Positions 1 through 9,731 of a stretch of 64,000 nt of DNA are shown here, piece after piece (position 1 is the stretch's first letter; each line of letters opens with the position of its first letter). The DNA lies in IMG/VR virus record IMGVR_UViG_3300047319_000334, positions 326 through 64,325 of that record. The stretch is one strand, 5' to 3'. The position numbers and the translations under genes are program-made. The notes below the pieces were generated by a model. The model was not told the origin of the DNA. It saw only the letters and a list, made by a program, of their open reading frames with translations, and did no database searches. This stretch comes from a virus (Duplodnaviria > Caudoviricetes).

Positions 1-820
1 GCGGCTCAGGCGCCTTCGCTGGGAGCGTTTTGCTCTTTGCAGCCATCGCCGCCTTGAATGCATCCGATGCCGTGGCATCCTTCGCGGCGTTGATCTCCTT
101 CACCGCGCGCTTCCAAAGGGTGTCGAACTGATCCCGTGTCGTTACCGCGTTGGCTTCAGCAACGAGCTTGATACCCAGTGCGCTCAATACTGGTTCGCCC
201 GGCTCATCGTCGTGCCGATATTCTTCCGGCAAGTCTTCAATGTCCTGGGTGAAAATGTCCGACGCCGCAGTGACGTTTAGCGTCATGGCGATCTTGGCGC
301 GCTTGCAGGCCATCTTGAGGATGGTGTTCGCCTGGTCGGCAGACTCCGTGCGAATCTGCTGCTTCTTCTCGACCTTGTTGTTCCATTTGGCGAACTTCAG
401 GCGGCGCAGATTCTCTGGCGTGACCTCGAACTCCTCAGCGCAGATTGCGCCGCGCCACTTGTACTTTTCCTCATGGGATGAGCATTCGCCCATCCCCTCG
501 CCAAGCACGACGCCCGTCACCTGATGGATGCCGATGCAGCGAACGCGGAAGCGAGCCATGCCGTCGACAGTCAGGTCTTCGATCTCGTACTTGTCGGCGA
601 CGCGGAACGTCACACAGAGTACTTCCGCGCCCGGCTTGTACAGTGACGGCTTCTTGGTGCCCGGGATCACGCCATAGTGTGTCTCGCTCTTCATGATTGA
701 GCGCATCACTTCCTGCACGAGATTCACCCGCTGGCGGATCTCCATCGCTGAAAACTGATGCACCTCACCGGCTACGATCCCGGCGCTTTCGCGCCGCGGC
801 ATTTCGATTACTTCGTTCAT
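1..820 (-). CDS. Putative single-strand annealing/recombination protein, 3' end outside window
   Basis: Homologue of 62931..63830, which sits directly upstream of a YqaJ exonuclease. Confidence 0.6.
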   Translation of the reverse strand, partial: MNEVIEMPRRESAGIVAGEVHQFSAMEIRQRVNLVQEVMRSIMKSETHYGVIPGTKKPSLYKPGAEVLCVTFRVADKYEIEDLTVDGMARFRVRCIGIHQVTGVVLGEGMGECSSHEEKYKWRGAICAEEFEVTPENLRRLKFAKWNNKVEKKQQIRTESADQANTILKMACKRAKIAMTLNVTAASDIFTQDIEDLPEEYRHDDEPGEPVLSALGIKLVAEANAVTTRDQFDTLWKRAVKEINAAKDATASDAFKAAMAAKSKTLPAKAPEP

Positions 821-990
821 GCTGCTTCCTTTCGATCAAAGCGCCGCTGAATGATCTCGCGATGCCATTTATTGAGTTCAGTAGATAGCGAATCGAGCGT
901 GTGGAAGACCGGCTCCGCATTGCCGCAGCACTCGCCATAGGCTTGACCGCAGCATTCCTGCCCGACTGGAATGGCGATCTCCTGCAACAC
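1..990 (+). repeat. Diverged direct repeat, copy A (partner 63011-64000)
   Basis: Colinear without indels at offset 63010; about 68 mismatches by manual count, mostly synonymous. Confidence 0.97.
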
Positions 991-2088
991 GTCTTCGAGC
1001 ATCCCCAAGCCGTCATTGGCGAAAATCAGGGATTGCAGGCGATCGACCTCGGCGGCTAGCGCAGCCCGCTCTACCTCTGCTGCTGCCTCGCGCTCCAGAC
1101 GTTCCGCTTCAGCCCGAGCCGCCGCCTCGGCCTCTTCCCGCTTCCGCTGCTCTTCAGCCGCAACGCGTGCGGCTTCGGCTGCAATCGCTGCCTGCTTCTC
1201 GCGCTCGACACGCGCGGCTTCGTCGGCCTGCCGTTGGCGCTCTGCGGCTAGTTCGGCCTGCTGTCGGTCGATTTCCCGTTGCTGGGCCAACATCCTTGCT
1301 TCGTGCTCGGCCTGTTGTTGGCACATCGCTGCCGCCGCCTGTTCCTGTGCTGCCCGTTGCTCAGCCTCGACCCGCTCACGTTCTGCCCGGTCTCGTGCTT
1401 CCTGCTCTGCTCGGGCTGCTGCGGCTTGGCGCTCCTGCTCCGCCAACTCCGCACGCTGCCGCTCAAGCGCCTCACGTTCAGCAGCGAGTCGGGCTTGTGA
1501 GGCTTCTCGGTCGACCTGCGCTGTCAGCATCTCCTTCAGCTTGACGACCGTCGCTGCCTGAGCCGCCTGCGCCTCACCAGCAAAGTCTCCGTATTCCTCG
1601 AGAGTGATTTCGGTCGTTTCCAGTTCGCTGATGGCTGATGCGAGTTCGCCAGATGAACGACCCATGCCAACGACCAGGCAATCTTTGATCTCGTCGATCT
1701 TGGCGCGGATGCTATTGACTCTGGCTCTGTCCGCAGCGGCTTTGGCAAGTCGTTCGGCCTCGCGCTCGGCGCCGTATGCATCACGCAAAGCCTGAAGGCG
1801 CCCTTCCTCGGCCGCAGTAATCGCGGTCAGCCGGTCGACTTCAGCAATTACCGCCTTCTGGAACGCGTTCGCATCCTCGCGTGCCACCTTGCCGGCCGTC
1901 GCAATCGCCACACGCGTGTTCTTCAGTTCCATGTAGGCGCTGTGGCACTGCTCACGCCCGGCCGGGTTGACGATCTTGGTGATGTCGGCGTACTTGGTTG
2001 CAAGCGCCAGCAGGTTCTTTTCATGCTCGGCAGTACCTAGCGCCAGCGCTGCCCGCTCGACTACAGTCAGTTCCGTGGACTCGCTCAT
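817..2088 (-). CDS. Long coiled-coil phage early protein (Ala/Glu/Arg/Gln rich) with Cys-rich C-terminus
   Basis: Long ORF with RBS; stop overlaps next start (ATGA). Confidence 0.8.
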   Translation of the reverse strand: MSESTELTVVERAALALGTAEHEKNLLALATKYADITKIVNPAGREQCHSAYMELKNTRVAIATAGKVAREDANAFQKAVIAEVDRLTAITAAEEGRLQALRDAYGAEREAERLAKAAADRARVNSIRAKIDEIKDCLVVGMGRSSGELASAISELETTEITLEEYGDFAGEAQAAQAATVVKLKEMLTAQVDREASQARLAAEREALERQRAELAEQERQAAAARAEQEARDRAERERVEAEQRAAQEQAAAAMCQQQAEHEARMLAQQREIDRQQAELAAERQRQADEAARVEREKQAAIAAEAARVAAEEQRKREEAEAAARAEAERLEREAAAEVERAALAAEVDRLQSLIFANDGLGMLEDVLQEIAIPVGQECCGQAYGECCGNAEPVFHTLDSLSTELNKWHREIIQRRFDRKEAA

Positions 2089-2276
2089 GCAAACTCCCTC
2101 TGTTGTTCCTGCCACGCTGCGAACCTGGCCTCGTACACATCGAAGTACCCGGCGAACGTTTCGCGCAGCTTTGCTTTGTTGACTGGATCGGCCATCAGGT
2201 AGCAGTTGGCCAGTGACTTCACGAACGAGCCGCCTTGCAACTCCATGACGTGAAGAGCGTTGTCGTAGTGGGTCAT
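2085..2276 (-). CDS. Small phage hypothetical protein
   Basis: GGSFVKSLA..AD..N motif typical of small phage proteins; coupled to next gene. Confidence 0.7.
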   Translation of the reverse strand: MTHYDNALHVMELQGGSFVKSLANCYLMADPVNKAKLRETFAGYFDVYEARFAAWQEQQREFA

Positions 2277-2660
2277 GACAGCCTCGCGCCTGTTATCGGG
2301 TTGTACGTTCTGCGTGTCGGGGCGTGGACCGGATGCAGTGGGTGACGCTCATCTAGCCGATACCGGGACCACGCGCGCCGTTGTTGGCGGTTCAGATGCG
2401 ATCCGTACCGGCGCAAAGACTTGCGTAGAGACATTGCGGTCATCACGAATTCCTTATCAGGGCTTCAACGAACATGCCGATACAGCACATAACAATGCCA
2501 AGACCCGAGCCAATCAGAATGGCCGTATGAACGGTCGGAGTCCTTCGAAGGTTGCGCATGATCTCGTTGTCGTTCTCGGCACGCCATAGGCCCATGCCGC
2601 GGTCTGATATGACTACCGTCACGCCGTCGTCTTCGTAGTAGGTTGCTGACATGTCGTGCC

Positions 2661-3080
2661 TCAGTCCGTATATGCGACGTACTTGAACTTGCCGTCACCG
2701 AAGTATTCGAATCGACCGCCAAACGTGCCGCGCACCTTCTCTTCGACTTCTGCGCGCGTCATGACCGGCGGATAGACGCCCTCTTTGATCATCGAAGAGT
2801 TCGAGTGCGCCTTGTTGTGCCAATCCAGCTTTGTCGGATCAAGCGGGCGCGGTGTCCATGCCTCGTACACGCGGCTTTTCGTGTTGACGGTGACTACGTA
2901 GTCGTTCAACACGTATTTCTCCGCCTCCCAATCGCAATCAGGGCAGTGAAGATATGTGTTCATGCACGCGTGGCATGGCGGTGAAATGTGGCAGGAACAG
3001 TTGTCGGGCTTCGTGAATTCGATCCGCCCGGCACAACCATCTCTACCGCAGACTTCGCCTTCTTCGTGGCCAAGGTTCAT
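2661..3080 (-). CDS. Cys-rich phage hypothetical protein (probable Zn binding)
   Basis: CSCHISPPCHAC and CPDC motifs. Confidence 0.7.
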   Translation of the reverse strand: MNLGHEEGEVCGRDGCAGRIEFTKPDNCSCHISPPCHACMNTYLHCPDCDWEAEKYVLNDYVVTVNTKSRVYEAWTPRPLDPTKLDWHNKAHSNSSMIKEGVYPPVMTRAEVEEKVRGTFGGRFEYFGDGKFKYVAYTD

Positions 3081-3714
3081 CCCACCCTCCCCATCTCACC
3101 CCACACATACCGCCCCGCCCCCACATACCGCGCCGCAGCGTCAAGCCGCTCCCAGTAGGAGTCATCCCATGCCGCTGCCTTTTCTTCCTCGGTCAGTGGT
3201 GGATCGTTTTCAAACGACTCGTCTTGCTTCAGACGGTCGATACGCTGGAATTCGTTCCAGGCCTGCTGATTCGCTGATTTGCCCACGGTTATCTCCATAG
3301 GACTGCTATTCATTAAGGATTGAACCCTGGCGACTGGCTACGACTCGCGATGCCACGCGTCAGAGCAGTCCCTTGCGGGGACCAGTCGGGCCTCTCCACA
3401 CCCACTGGAGCACTGTCTTAGGCAATAAATCTCTGTCACATGCCCGTCACGGATTCGAACCGTGTCCTTCACCAGATCTCGGCCAGCGAGCCGGAATCGA
3501 ACCGGCCTGCCTGAGAGCGCTTTCGCGCAATTCTTGGCCCGAATCCCACGGACCTCGGCAATCTAGAAAATGAACCAGCGGCCGTCGCTTCGCATTCAAT
3601 CAAACGGCCCCAGTACCTTCGCGCGGAATCGGAGCCACGCGAGCCAGTCAGCCTGCTTCTGGCCGCCCAGCACTTCATTGGCGACTTCAGCCCAGTAGGA
3701 CCATGCGCTCGTGT

Positions 3715-3969
3715 TCATGGCAGGAATCCCGCAACGATGACGACTGCGCCCTCTTTCACAAGATCGACCGGGAACTTGTCGACGAACGTTGCAATCTCTC
3801 GCCCGCTGTCGTCGTAGATCAGATTAGAGAGGCGATTGACGTCTTCCGGCTCCTGAAGACTGTTGTTGATGTAGACGCCATCCAGTTCGCTGTAATCGCC
3901 GTCGAGAATTGCGAACTTGATATCGTCCTGGCCGATTTGGTCCCAGATGACTATCGTCTTTGTGCTCAT
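3715..3969 (-). CDS. Acidic phage hypothetical protein
   Basis: GAGGA RBS, ATG, operon orientation. Confidence 0.65.
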   Translation of the reverse strand: MSTKTIVIWDQIGQDDIKFAILDGDYSELDGVYINNSLQEPEDVNRLSNLIYDDSGREIATFVDKFPVDLVKEGAVVIVAGFLP

Positions 3970-4275
3970 TTTTATTCCTCACCAAAACTTGCTGACGAAG
4001 TGCCAGAGCGTGTACAGCAGGCCCGCGCTGACGGCCAAGCCCGCGAGCCCAGCCAGAACGAACACCAGTTCGAAGGCAGTAAATCCGCGCTGTTTCTTCA
4101 TGACGACGCCCCCAACTTAGTTTTCCGCTTCGGCGCCTCACCGCGGCGTTCGTCTGCGCCACGCACAAACATTACGAGCAGCACGTCAGCGAGAAAGATG
4201 ATGGCTATCCAGTGGTAGATGTTCATGATTGATCCGTATATGAGTCGCAAAGTGCGTTCGTGATGCGTTTGTGAG

Positions 4276-4494
4276 TCAGCAGTAGCCATAAATCTCGTTG
4301 ACCGCCTCGGCGTTAGCCTGGGACTTGGCCGTCTCGAAACAGCCGGCGCACGATTTGAGCTTGATCGACCAGCGCGGGTAGTAATTCGCTGCCTCGCGCG
4401 TTTTGACGTCGTCTTTCAACGTGCTGCAGCCGTCGCAATGCTCAAGGGTGCGAACTGTGAGGGGACGGTTGCGCCAGGCGTCTGAGGTGGCCAT
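4276..4494 (-). CDS. Small CxxC-CxxC phage protein
   Basis: CDGC and CAGC motifs. Confidence 0.5.
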   Translation of the reverse strand: MATSDAWRNRPLTVRTLEHCDGCSTLKDDVKTREAANYYPRWSIKLKSCAGCFETAKSQANAEAVNEIYGYC

Positions 4495-4647
4495 CGTCAG
4501 CACCAGCAGATTTCGTCGAAGTCCACGCTAGCGACCAACTGCGAGTTGCAATACATGTCGAAGTGGCGCGCAAACGTCAGGAAGTAATTGCTGATTCGCG
4601 GCACGTAGGCCCGGAATCCGAATTCTGCGTAGAACATGGTGGGCTCC

Positions 4648-4902
4648 TTACTTGGCGTGATTGCGATAGCATTCGTCCCACGCTTGCTTGTATATGCTGC
4701 CTGGGCGCTTCTCACATTCGTCATAGCAGGCATCAACCATCCAGTGCCAGTCGGCTCGCGGATTGTTGTTGCACCGGGCTGAGTGGTAGATCATCTGGTA
4801 GGCCTCGGACGACAACTTCTCGTCATCCATCGCCGCGATCTTGGCGAGGTATTCCGACTTTGGGCGCCCGTAGTGATCGTTCCCGGAGTATTTCGAATCC
4901 AT
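4648..4902 (-). CDS. Phage hypothetical protein
   Basis: AGGAG RBS and ATG. Confidence 0.65.
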   Translation of the reverse strand: MDSKYSGNDHYGRPKSEYLAKIAAMDDEKLSSEAYQMIYHSARCNNNPRADWHWMVDACYDECEKRPGSIYKQAWDECYRNHAK

Positions 4903-4929
4903 TTCAGTCTCCTGCGTAGTGGAGCGAGG

Positions 4930-5133
4930 TCAGGCAGCCTGTTCTGCTTCGCGCTGGCAAATATCTGCATGAATCGCCTGCATCTTTGCAATCACGCTCT
5001 CGCGGCCCTTCGCATCGAGCATGTAGATCACATCTGGCAGCGCCGATCTGAGCGGCCCATCGATGTCCATCGTCATGCTCGATGTACGAACTTTCGCTTT
5101 CAGCCAGTCAGGCTTTGCTTGCTTGGTTGCCAT
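4930..5133 (-). CDS. Phage hypothetical protein
   Basis: GGAG RBS and ATG. Confidence 0.6.
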   Translation of the reverse strand: MATKQAKPDWLKAKVRTSSMTMDIDGPLRSALPDVIYMLDAKGRESVIAKMQAIHADICQREAEQAA

Positions 5134-6267
5134 GATTGCTCCGTAGTAGTACTTATCGGTATAAACGCCGCTTCAGATACCCCTTATCGCTACCGACTCG
5201 CTGAATCGGCAGATGTAAGGAGAATCGGGCTGGGTGTTCAAGGGATGGGGCTGGGGGTGAAGTTCCAGCTTGCCGACCATATCGGGACCTATCTGGTTTT
5301 GTGAGCGGCAACCCGCCTGTCGCGCATCACCACTGCGCCACCCATCCTCTCAACATCCAGCGTTGTAACTCTCAGGTCGTGGCGACTGTTTCTTGAGGCT
5401 GGCCACCCACCGATGGTGCCTGCACCCGCAGCGCGGGCAATCGCCACGCCTGAAAGTCCCGGTTACTCTCGTCCGGGGACGCGCTCATCACTGGCGCCAG
5501 GTCAACCGTACTTTCCGGTCTGTCAGTGCGTATCGCTATCACACCGGCGCCACGTCATCGCCGCGCTTCGCAAGGGACGTGGACCTTTGCGTTGCGCCGC
5601 CCTATATACCGGGCGCTCAGGGATTCAGCACTCAAGAGAACGCATTCCGCTATGCCAGGGAGCTTCCTACTGGTGTACGTGCCATGAAGTCGCGGCTAAA
5701 ATCCGTCGACCAAGCAGCGCCTTACGCCGGATTACTTTGGCAGGGAGCAAATGCGTTCGCCTCAGTGCTGCAGTGTTCTAGGGTGGCGACTGGAAACCGT
5801 TCGCTACCAGCACTTTCGATATGGTCATTGCCGAGGGGTTGAGCCCCGCAATCGCCACACTAGAAAACTGCTTGGCCGCACCAATCCGGCTACTCCCAGC
5901 TATGCTGGCTCCGGCCTAGGTGCGGCGGTTATCAATCAGCGATCCGTTCTATAGTCGAATCTGTCGACCAGGCGGATAACTGATAGGCGCCGATCTTTTC
6001 CGGGGTAGCGCGTTGGCCCCGCCATTACTGGTATGCCTTCTATTGCAGTGGTTCGAATGTGATCAGGGCTGGCGACTATCATGGCCAACTGCTCGTCATG
6101 TTCCGCGTACGGACACAAGCCGCCAGCTCTGATCACACTTTCACTGCGTTGTTAAAGATCACTTGCCCCACCAGGCGACGCTATGCGCCTGTGTTTCTCT
6201 ACTGCGGTGATTCACGGTCTCGTCAGTTAGCGCGTTACGCTAAGACCGCCGGAGCGGTTTCGACCTG

Positions 6268-6513
6268 TTAGGCGGCGAGCTTTTCAGCCTTCGGCAACTT
6301 GTCAGCCAGCTTCGCTCGTTGCTTCGCGCCGAAATGCGGCATGTACTTCGACGCATCGAATTCGGCGCGCAGACGTTCGCTCGACGTCGACTGCGGGACC
6401 AGAATCGGACCTTTCGGCGTACGGATCTCGCGAAGAACGCGAACTTCCTGAATCGGTTGTTGACGCTTTGCGAGGATTTCTGCGCGGGTACGTTGTTCGT
6501 GCTTCTTGCCCAT
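6268..6513 (-). CDS. Basic protein, first gene of the leftward operon (lambda N position)
   Basis: GGAG RBS; Arg/Lys-rich N-terminus; directly after the left operators. Confidence 0.6.
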   Translation of the reverse strand: MGKKHEQRTRAEILAKRQQPIQEVRVLREIRTPKGPILVPQSTSSERLRAEFDASKYMPHFGAKQRAKLADKLPKAEKLAA

Positions 6514-6567
6514 GTCTGCTCTCCGGTTAGTGGTTGGTGCGGTGTTGCTTGCTTCGATGGATGAACA

Positions 6568-6604
6568 ATAGCAAACGCTCTCGTTTAACGCAAGCAAAAG
6601 CTAT
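6568..6604. promoter_or_regulatory. Left operators (two sites) at PL
   Basis: ATAGCAAACGCTCT (6568-6581) and CAAGCAAAAGCTAT (6591-6604) match the near-palindrome ATAGCAAATGCTAT found four times between cI and cro. Confidence 0.8.
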
Positions 6605-6670
6605 CGCTTGTTGATAAATTTTTTTATCGCTGCCTGCGGAGCTAGACTGGGAGTCGGATAGGAGCTAGAT

Positions 6671-6871
6671 ATGACGCCAGCAGACGTGATCACCATCTTC
6701 GAGCGGCTGAACATCGAAGGCCGAGCTGACGTGCCGATTGACGACGCATGCGCAGGCTTCGCGGGCTGGCTTGCGCAAAATTGGGAGAGCTTCGAGGGGG
6801 ATGACCTGGCGCTGCTGACTTCTGTCGGTGCTACGTTGTGGCGGGAGGGGTTCGCCCAGAGGCGGAAATGA
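6671..6871 (+). CDS. Small hypothetical protein in the immunity region
   Basis: AGGAG RBS; ends at a terminator. Confidence 0.65.
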   Translation: MTPADVITIFERLNIEGRADVPIDDACAGFAGWLAQNWESFEGDDLALLTSVGATLWREGFAQRRK

Positions 6872-6895
6872 AAAAGCCCAGCGGGGCTGGGCTCG
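6871..6895. terminator. Intrinsic terminator between convergent genes
   Basis: AAAAAGCCCAGC-GGG-GCTGGGCT hairpin. Confidence 0.7.
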
Positions 6896-6900
6896 GCGTG

Positions 6901-7416
6901 CTACTTTTTGATGTGTTCAATTGGCCTCTTTCTCCAACGCTCGGCCAGCACCTCGACATCCTGGAAAATAGTGTCAGTTCCGGAAATCTTGCGCAACTCG
7001 GCCACAAAACCAGCAGATAACCTCCAGACCTTTAGAACGTTCGAGCACTGAAGCTGCTTGTAAATCTGCTCGTCGAACGCGCCGGTGCGGATTCCGACCG
7101 CAATGAACTCGTGATTATTGAGAACCATGAGTATCGCATCGCGCTCAGCTCCGCTTCTAGCCTCCGGGGCATACTCGCTGAAGTGATTGCCCGCTCGACC
7201 TAGCTTGTAGACCAGTTTCGTGGCCTCAATGAGGTCTTTGTTAGTCTTCTGCTCTACGATTAGGTCAATCAGCGCCTTCGATCGCCCTTGTTTTCCGTTG
7301 TAATAGATGACGGCGACACCAGCGACGGCAGAAATTAAAAAGGCTCCTGTTTGTATCCAGAAGCCCCAAGTTTCCCCGAGCCAGCCGACCGTCTTCGCGA
7401 TCTGCTGGCAATCCAT
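6901..7416 (-). CDS. DUF4760-like membrane-anchored protein
   Basis: N-terminal TM helix, then LNxxEFIAVGIRxGAFDEQIYK and a FxxxExLAxRW pattern. Confidence 0.75.
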   Translation of the reverse strand: MDCQQIAKTVGWLGETWGFWIQTGAFLISAVAGVAVIYYNGKQGRSKALIDLIVEQKTNKDLIEATKLVYKLGRAGNHFSEYAPEARSGAERDAILMVLNNHEFIAVGIRTGAFDEQIYKQLQCSNVLKVWRLSAGFVAELRKISGTDTIFQDVEVLAERWRKRPIEHIKK

Positions 7417-7449
7417 TTAGCCGTCCCAGCCTTCAAAGAATTTACCCAT
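7417..7449 (-). CDS. 10-aa micro-ORF MGKFFEGWDG coupled to the DUF4760-like gene
   Basis: AGGAGAGG RBS before ATG; its TAA abuts the next ATG. Confidence 0.55.
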   Translation of the reverse strand: MGKFFEGWDG

Positions 7450-7650
7450 GGCGAGCCTCTCCTGTTGGTGACTTTGGCGGGTTGCCTCGGTCCTTCTTGC
7501 TGCTAACACTTTGACGACATCCCGGCCCAAAAGTTTAGGACGCGATGTATCAGGATGCTGATATCGGATTCTACATCCATGGCGCCGAATGTGTGTGCAT
7601 CTGTCACGGCGGCCGTCCAACGAGACCTCGTCTAGTAGTCCAAAAATGGA

Positions 7651-8448
7651 CTAAAGCACGCTGTCCGTCCAAACCGCACGGCCGGCGATGCGCGTCCGAT
7701 CGTCGGGCGGCAGAATCTTATCGGGAAAGGTCGTCTTGTCCGGATTGTCGCTCTTGATGACCCAAACTTCCGCGCCGACCTGCGGGTGATATTCCCATAC
7801 AAGGCGCTTCAATACGAGCCCATCATGCGGCATGCATATAGCGTAGACCTTGCCATCCTCGGGCTCGATATCTGCGGTATTTATGAGGACGTCACGTCCG
7901 TCCTGAATTTTTGGCCACATGCTCCCGCCTGCGGCGACAATAAGTCTCGCTGCGTTTTCTGGAACGCCCAGTTCGCGCAACTTAGAGCGCTTGAACGCCA
8001 TTCCGCCCTTGACTACCACGTGGTCTTCAAACCGGCCGTTGCCGCAGGCCGCAGCGATATCTAATTGGGGCACGAAAGCGAACTCATCGGATGTTGGATT
8101 GGGTAGTTCTCCTTCATCCAGACTACCGGTGGCCACACTTTTTGATTGACCAATGTTGCCCGTGTTTGGTGCGCTGATTAATGCATCAGAAATATTGGAA
8201 ATATGCTGAGAGGCAATAGCGCTCTCAAGCCCCAAGTCGAAGTAAGGGTGGTCAAGCCCGAGTGCCGTCTCGAGATTTCTTGCTGCCCCCTCACCAAAGC
8301 CTCTTCCGTTGCGATAGGTAGCGCTTAAGAGCTGCCTGATCCGCGTTGCGTCCAGATTATGTTTCCGTGCAAATTCTGCGGCCGTTCCGTCTGCCTCTTT
8401 GTCGACAAGCTCTTGGAGCCTGTTCCGGCGATGTGCGTGGATATCCAT
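7651..8448 (-). CDS. cI: CI-like repressor (HTH plus S24 peptidase)
   Basis: N-terminal HTH; GGSMWP serine motif, LKRL lysine, AACG cleavage region; divergent from cro. Confidence 0.92.
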   Translation of the reverse strand: MDIHAHRRNRLQELVDKEADGTAAEFARKHNLDATRIRQLLSATYRNGRGFGEGAARNLETALGLDHPYFDLGLESAIASQHISNISDALISAPNTGNIGQSKSVATGSLDEGELPNPTSDEFAFVPQLDIAAACGNGRFEDHVVVKGGMAFKRSKLRELGVPENAARLIVAAGGSMWPKIQDGRDVLINTADIEPEDGKVYAICMPHDGLVLKRLVWEYHPQVGAEVWVIKSDNPDKTTFPDKILPPDDRTRIAGRAVWTDSVL

Positions 8449-8468
8449 GGCCAAATTAAACCCGAAAA

Positions 8469-8541
8469 CTAGCATTTGCTGTGATAGCAAATCCTATTGT
8501 TTTGCGAGCAAGTGCTTGCGCTTTGCGAGAGCAAATGCTAT
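8469..8541. promoter_or_regulatory. Right operators (four sites) in the cI-cro gap
   Basis: 14-bp near-palindromes at 8469, 8484, 8505 and 8528, consensus ATAGCAAATGCTAT. Confidence 0.85.
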
Positions 8542-8551
8542 CGTTAAACCC

Positions 8552-8872
8552 ATGGATACCTTTCACACCTACTTCAAAGGACTGGCCAAGGTCGAGCGCG
8601 ATGCGTTCGCCACTAAGGTCGGAACTTCCGTCGCATATCTCTGGCAGATCGCCTACAAGCAACGTCGGTGTGCTGAGTCTTTGGCCATTGAGATCGAGAA
8701 GGCTTCTGCGGGTGCGGTTCGAGTCGAAGACCTGCGTCCCGATGTCGATTGGGCCTACATCCGCAGCTCGGCGCAGTCGATCGCCGATAGCGACATTGTA
8801 GAGCGAGTCAAGGCCAGCGACGACGCCCAAAACAATCCGGGCGGAACTGTTGACGACGACAGCAAGGAATAA
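8552..8872 (+). CDS. cro: Cro/YdaS-like HTH regulator
   Basis: FAxxVGTSxxYLxQ HTH and IEKASAGAVRVEDLRPD motif. Confidence 0.88.
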   Translation: MDTFHTYFKGLAKVERDAFATKVGTSVAYLWQIAYKQRRCAESLAIEIEKASAGAVRVEDLRPDVDWAYIRSSAQSIADSDIVERVKASDDAQNNPGGTVDDDSKE

Positions 8873-8897
8873 GTAGTTCGGTTTCAAAGTTTTCTCA

Positions 8898-8922
8898 AAG
8901 GGGGCTTCGGTCCCCTCTATTT
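8898..8922 (+). terminator. tR1-like terminator
   Basis: AGGGGGC-TTCG-GTCCCCT hairpin followed by T-rich bases. Confidence 0.6.
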
Positions 8923-8985
8923 GACCCCATGAGTCAGTCGTAACCCCGTTCGTAACTACATCGTATTTTTAAAAGGGAGTCTCAG

Positions 8986-9384
8986 ATGCAAACGCAATAC
9001 CCCTCGCATGAGGAAGCGACAAAAGCTTTAGCGGTCGAATCGCGCGGGTTTACTCCTTCGCCCGCGCGTTTTCTCCCGAAGGAGGCAATCGCTGCCTGCG
9101 TAACTTATCGTGATGCCGTGCGTCTCGCCTGGGAGAACCGGGCCATGCGCGGCATGACGCAAAGAACGCTGGCCGAGCATCTGGAAATCCCCGGGTCTCA
9201 CCTGTCGAACATGCTGTGCAAAGACGGCGTGGACGCTAACGGCAAGCCTCGCCAGGACTTGCCGGCTCGACTGATTGCAGATTATCAACGTGTTCTTGGG
9301 AACTGGGCCGTCTCGCAGTGGATGAACAGGCAAACCCGGTTGACGATCATGGAAGAAGTAATCAACTCACAGGGGAATCTATGA
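8986..9384 (+). CDS. CII-position HTH regulator
   Basis: MTQRTLAEHLEIPGSHLSNML helix-turn-helix; position after cro. Confidence 0.7.
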   Translation: MQTQYPSHEEATKALAVESRGFTPSPARFLPKEAIAACVTYRDAVRLAWENRAMRGMTQRTLAEHLEIPGSHLSNMLCKDGVDANGKPRQDLPARLIADYQRVLGNWAVSQWMNRQTRLTIMEEVINSQGNL

Positions 9385-9385
9385 A

Positions 9386-9577
9386 ATGACAGATGACGAG
9401 GCGCTCCAGATTAGCCGCAAGGCTGCACAGGACGCCCGGAAGCGGGTGGGGGTAGACGATAAGGAAGCACTCGATAAGGAGTTCGAGTCGATAGCGGAGA
9501 CAGACCCGAGGGTAGCTCAGGCGTTGTCGATAGTCAGCCTGACAATCCTGGAGTCGCAGCAGGAAACGAAACACTGA
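9386..9577 (+). CDS. Phage hypothetical protein
   Basis: Coupled to upstream gene. Confidence 0.55.
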   Translation: MTDDEALQISRKAAQDARKRVGVDDKEALDKEFESIAETDPRVAQALSIVSLTILESQQETKH

Positions 9578-9731
9578 AGTAAGCGCCGGTCGGACTGGCC
9601 GGCGCCGCCACCCTGAGTAGTAGTACTAACCGCGAGGCAGGAGCATGAGAGCTGTCATTTTCTTCACATCGCTGGCTTGCCTATGCGCCGTCATCGTGTG
9701 GGGCCTTTGCGAACTGATTGTGAGGCTGTAA

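Noticed and set aside
1-990. Exact terminal repeat of one circularly permuted genome
   Set aside because: About 7% substitutions, mostly silent, argue for two alleles; a mixed-population assembly is not fully excluded
817-2088. TolA or other host envelope protein
   Set aside because: Similarity would be compositional coiled coil only; no TM anchor; phage operon context
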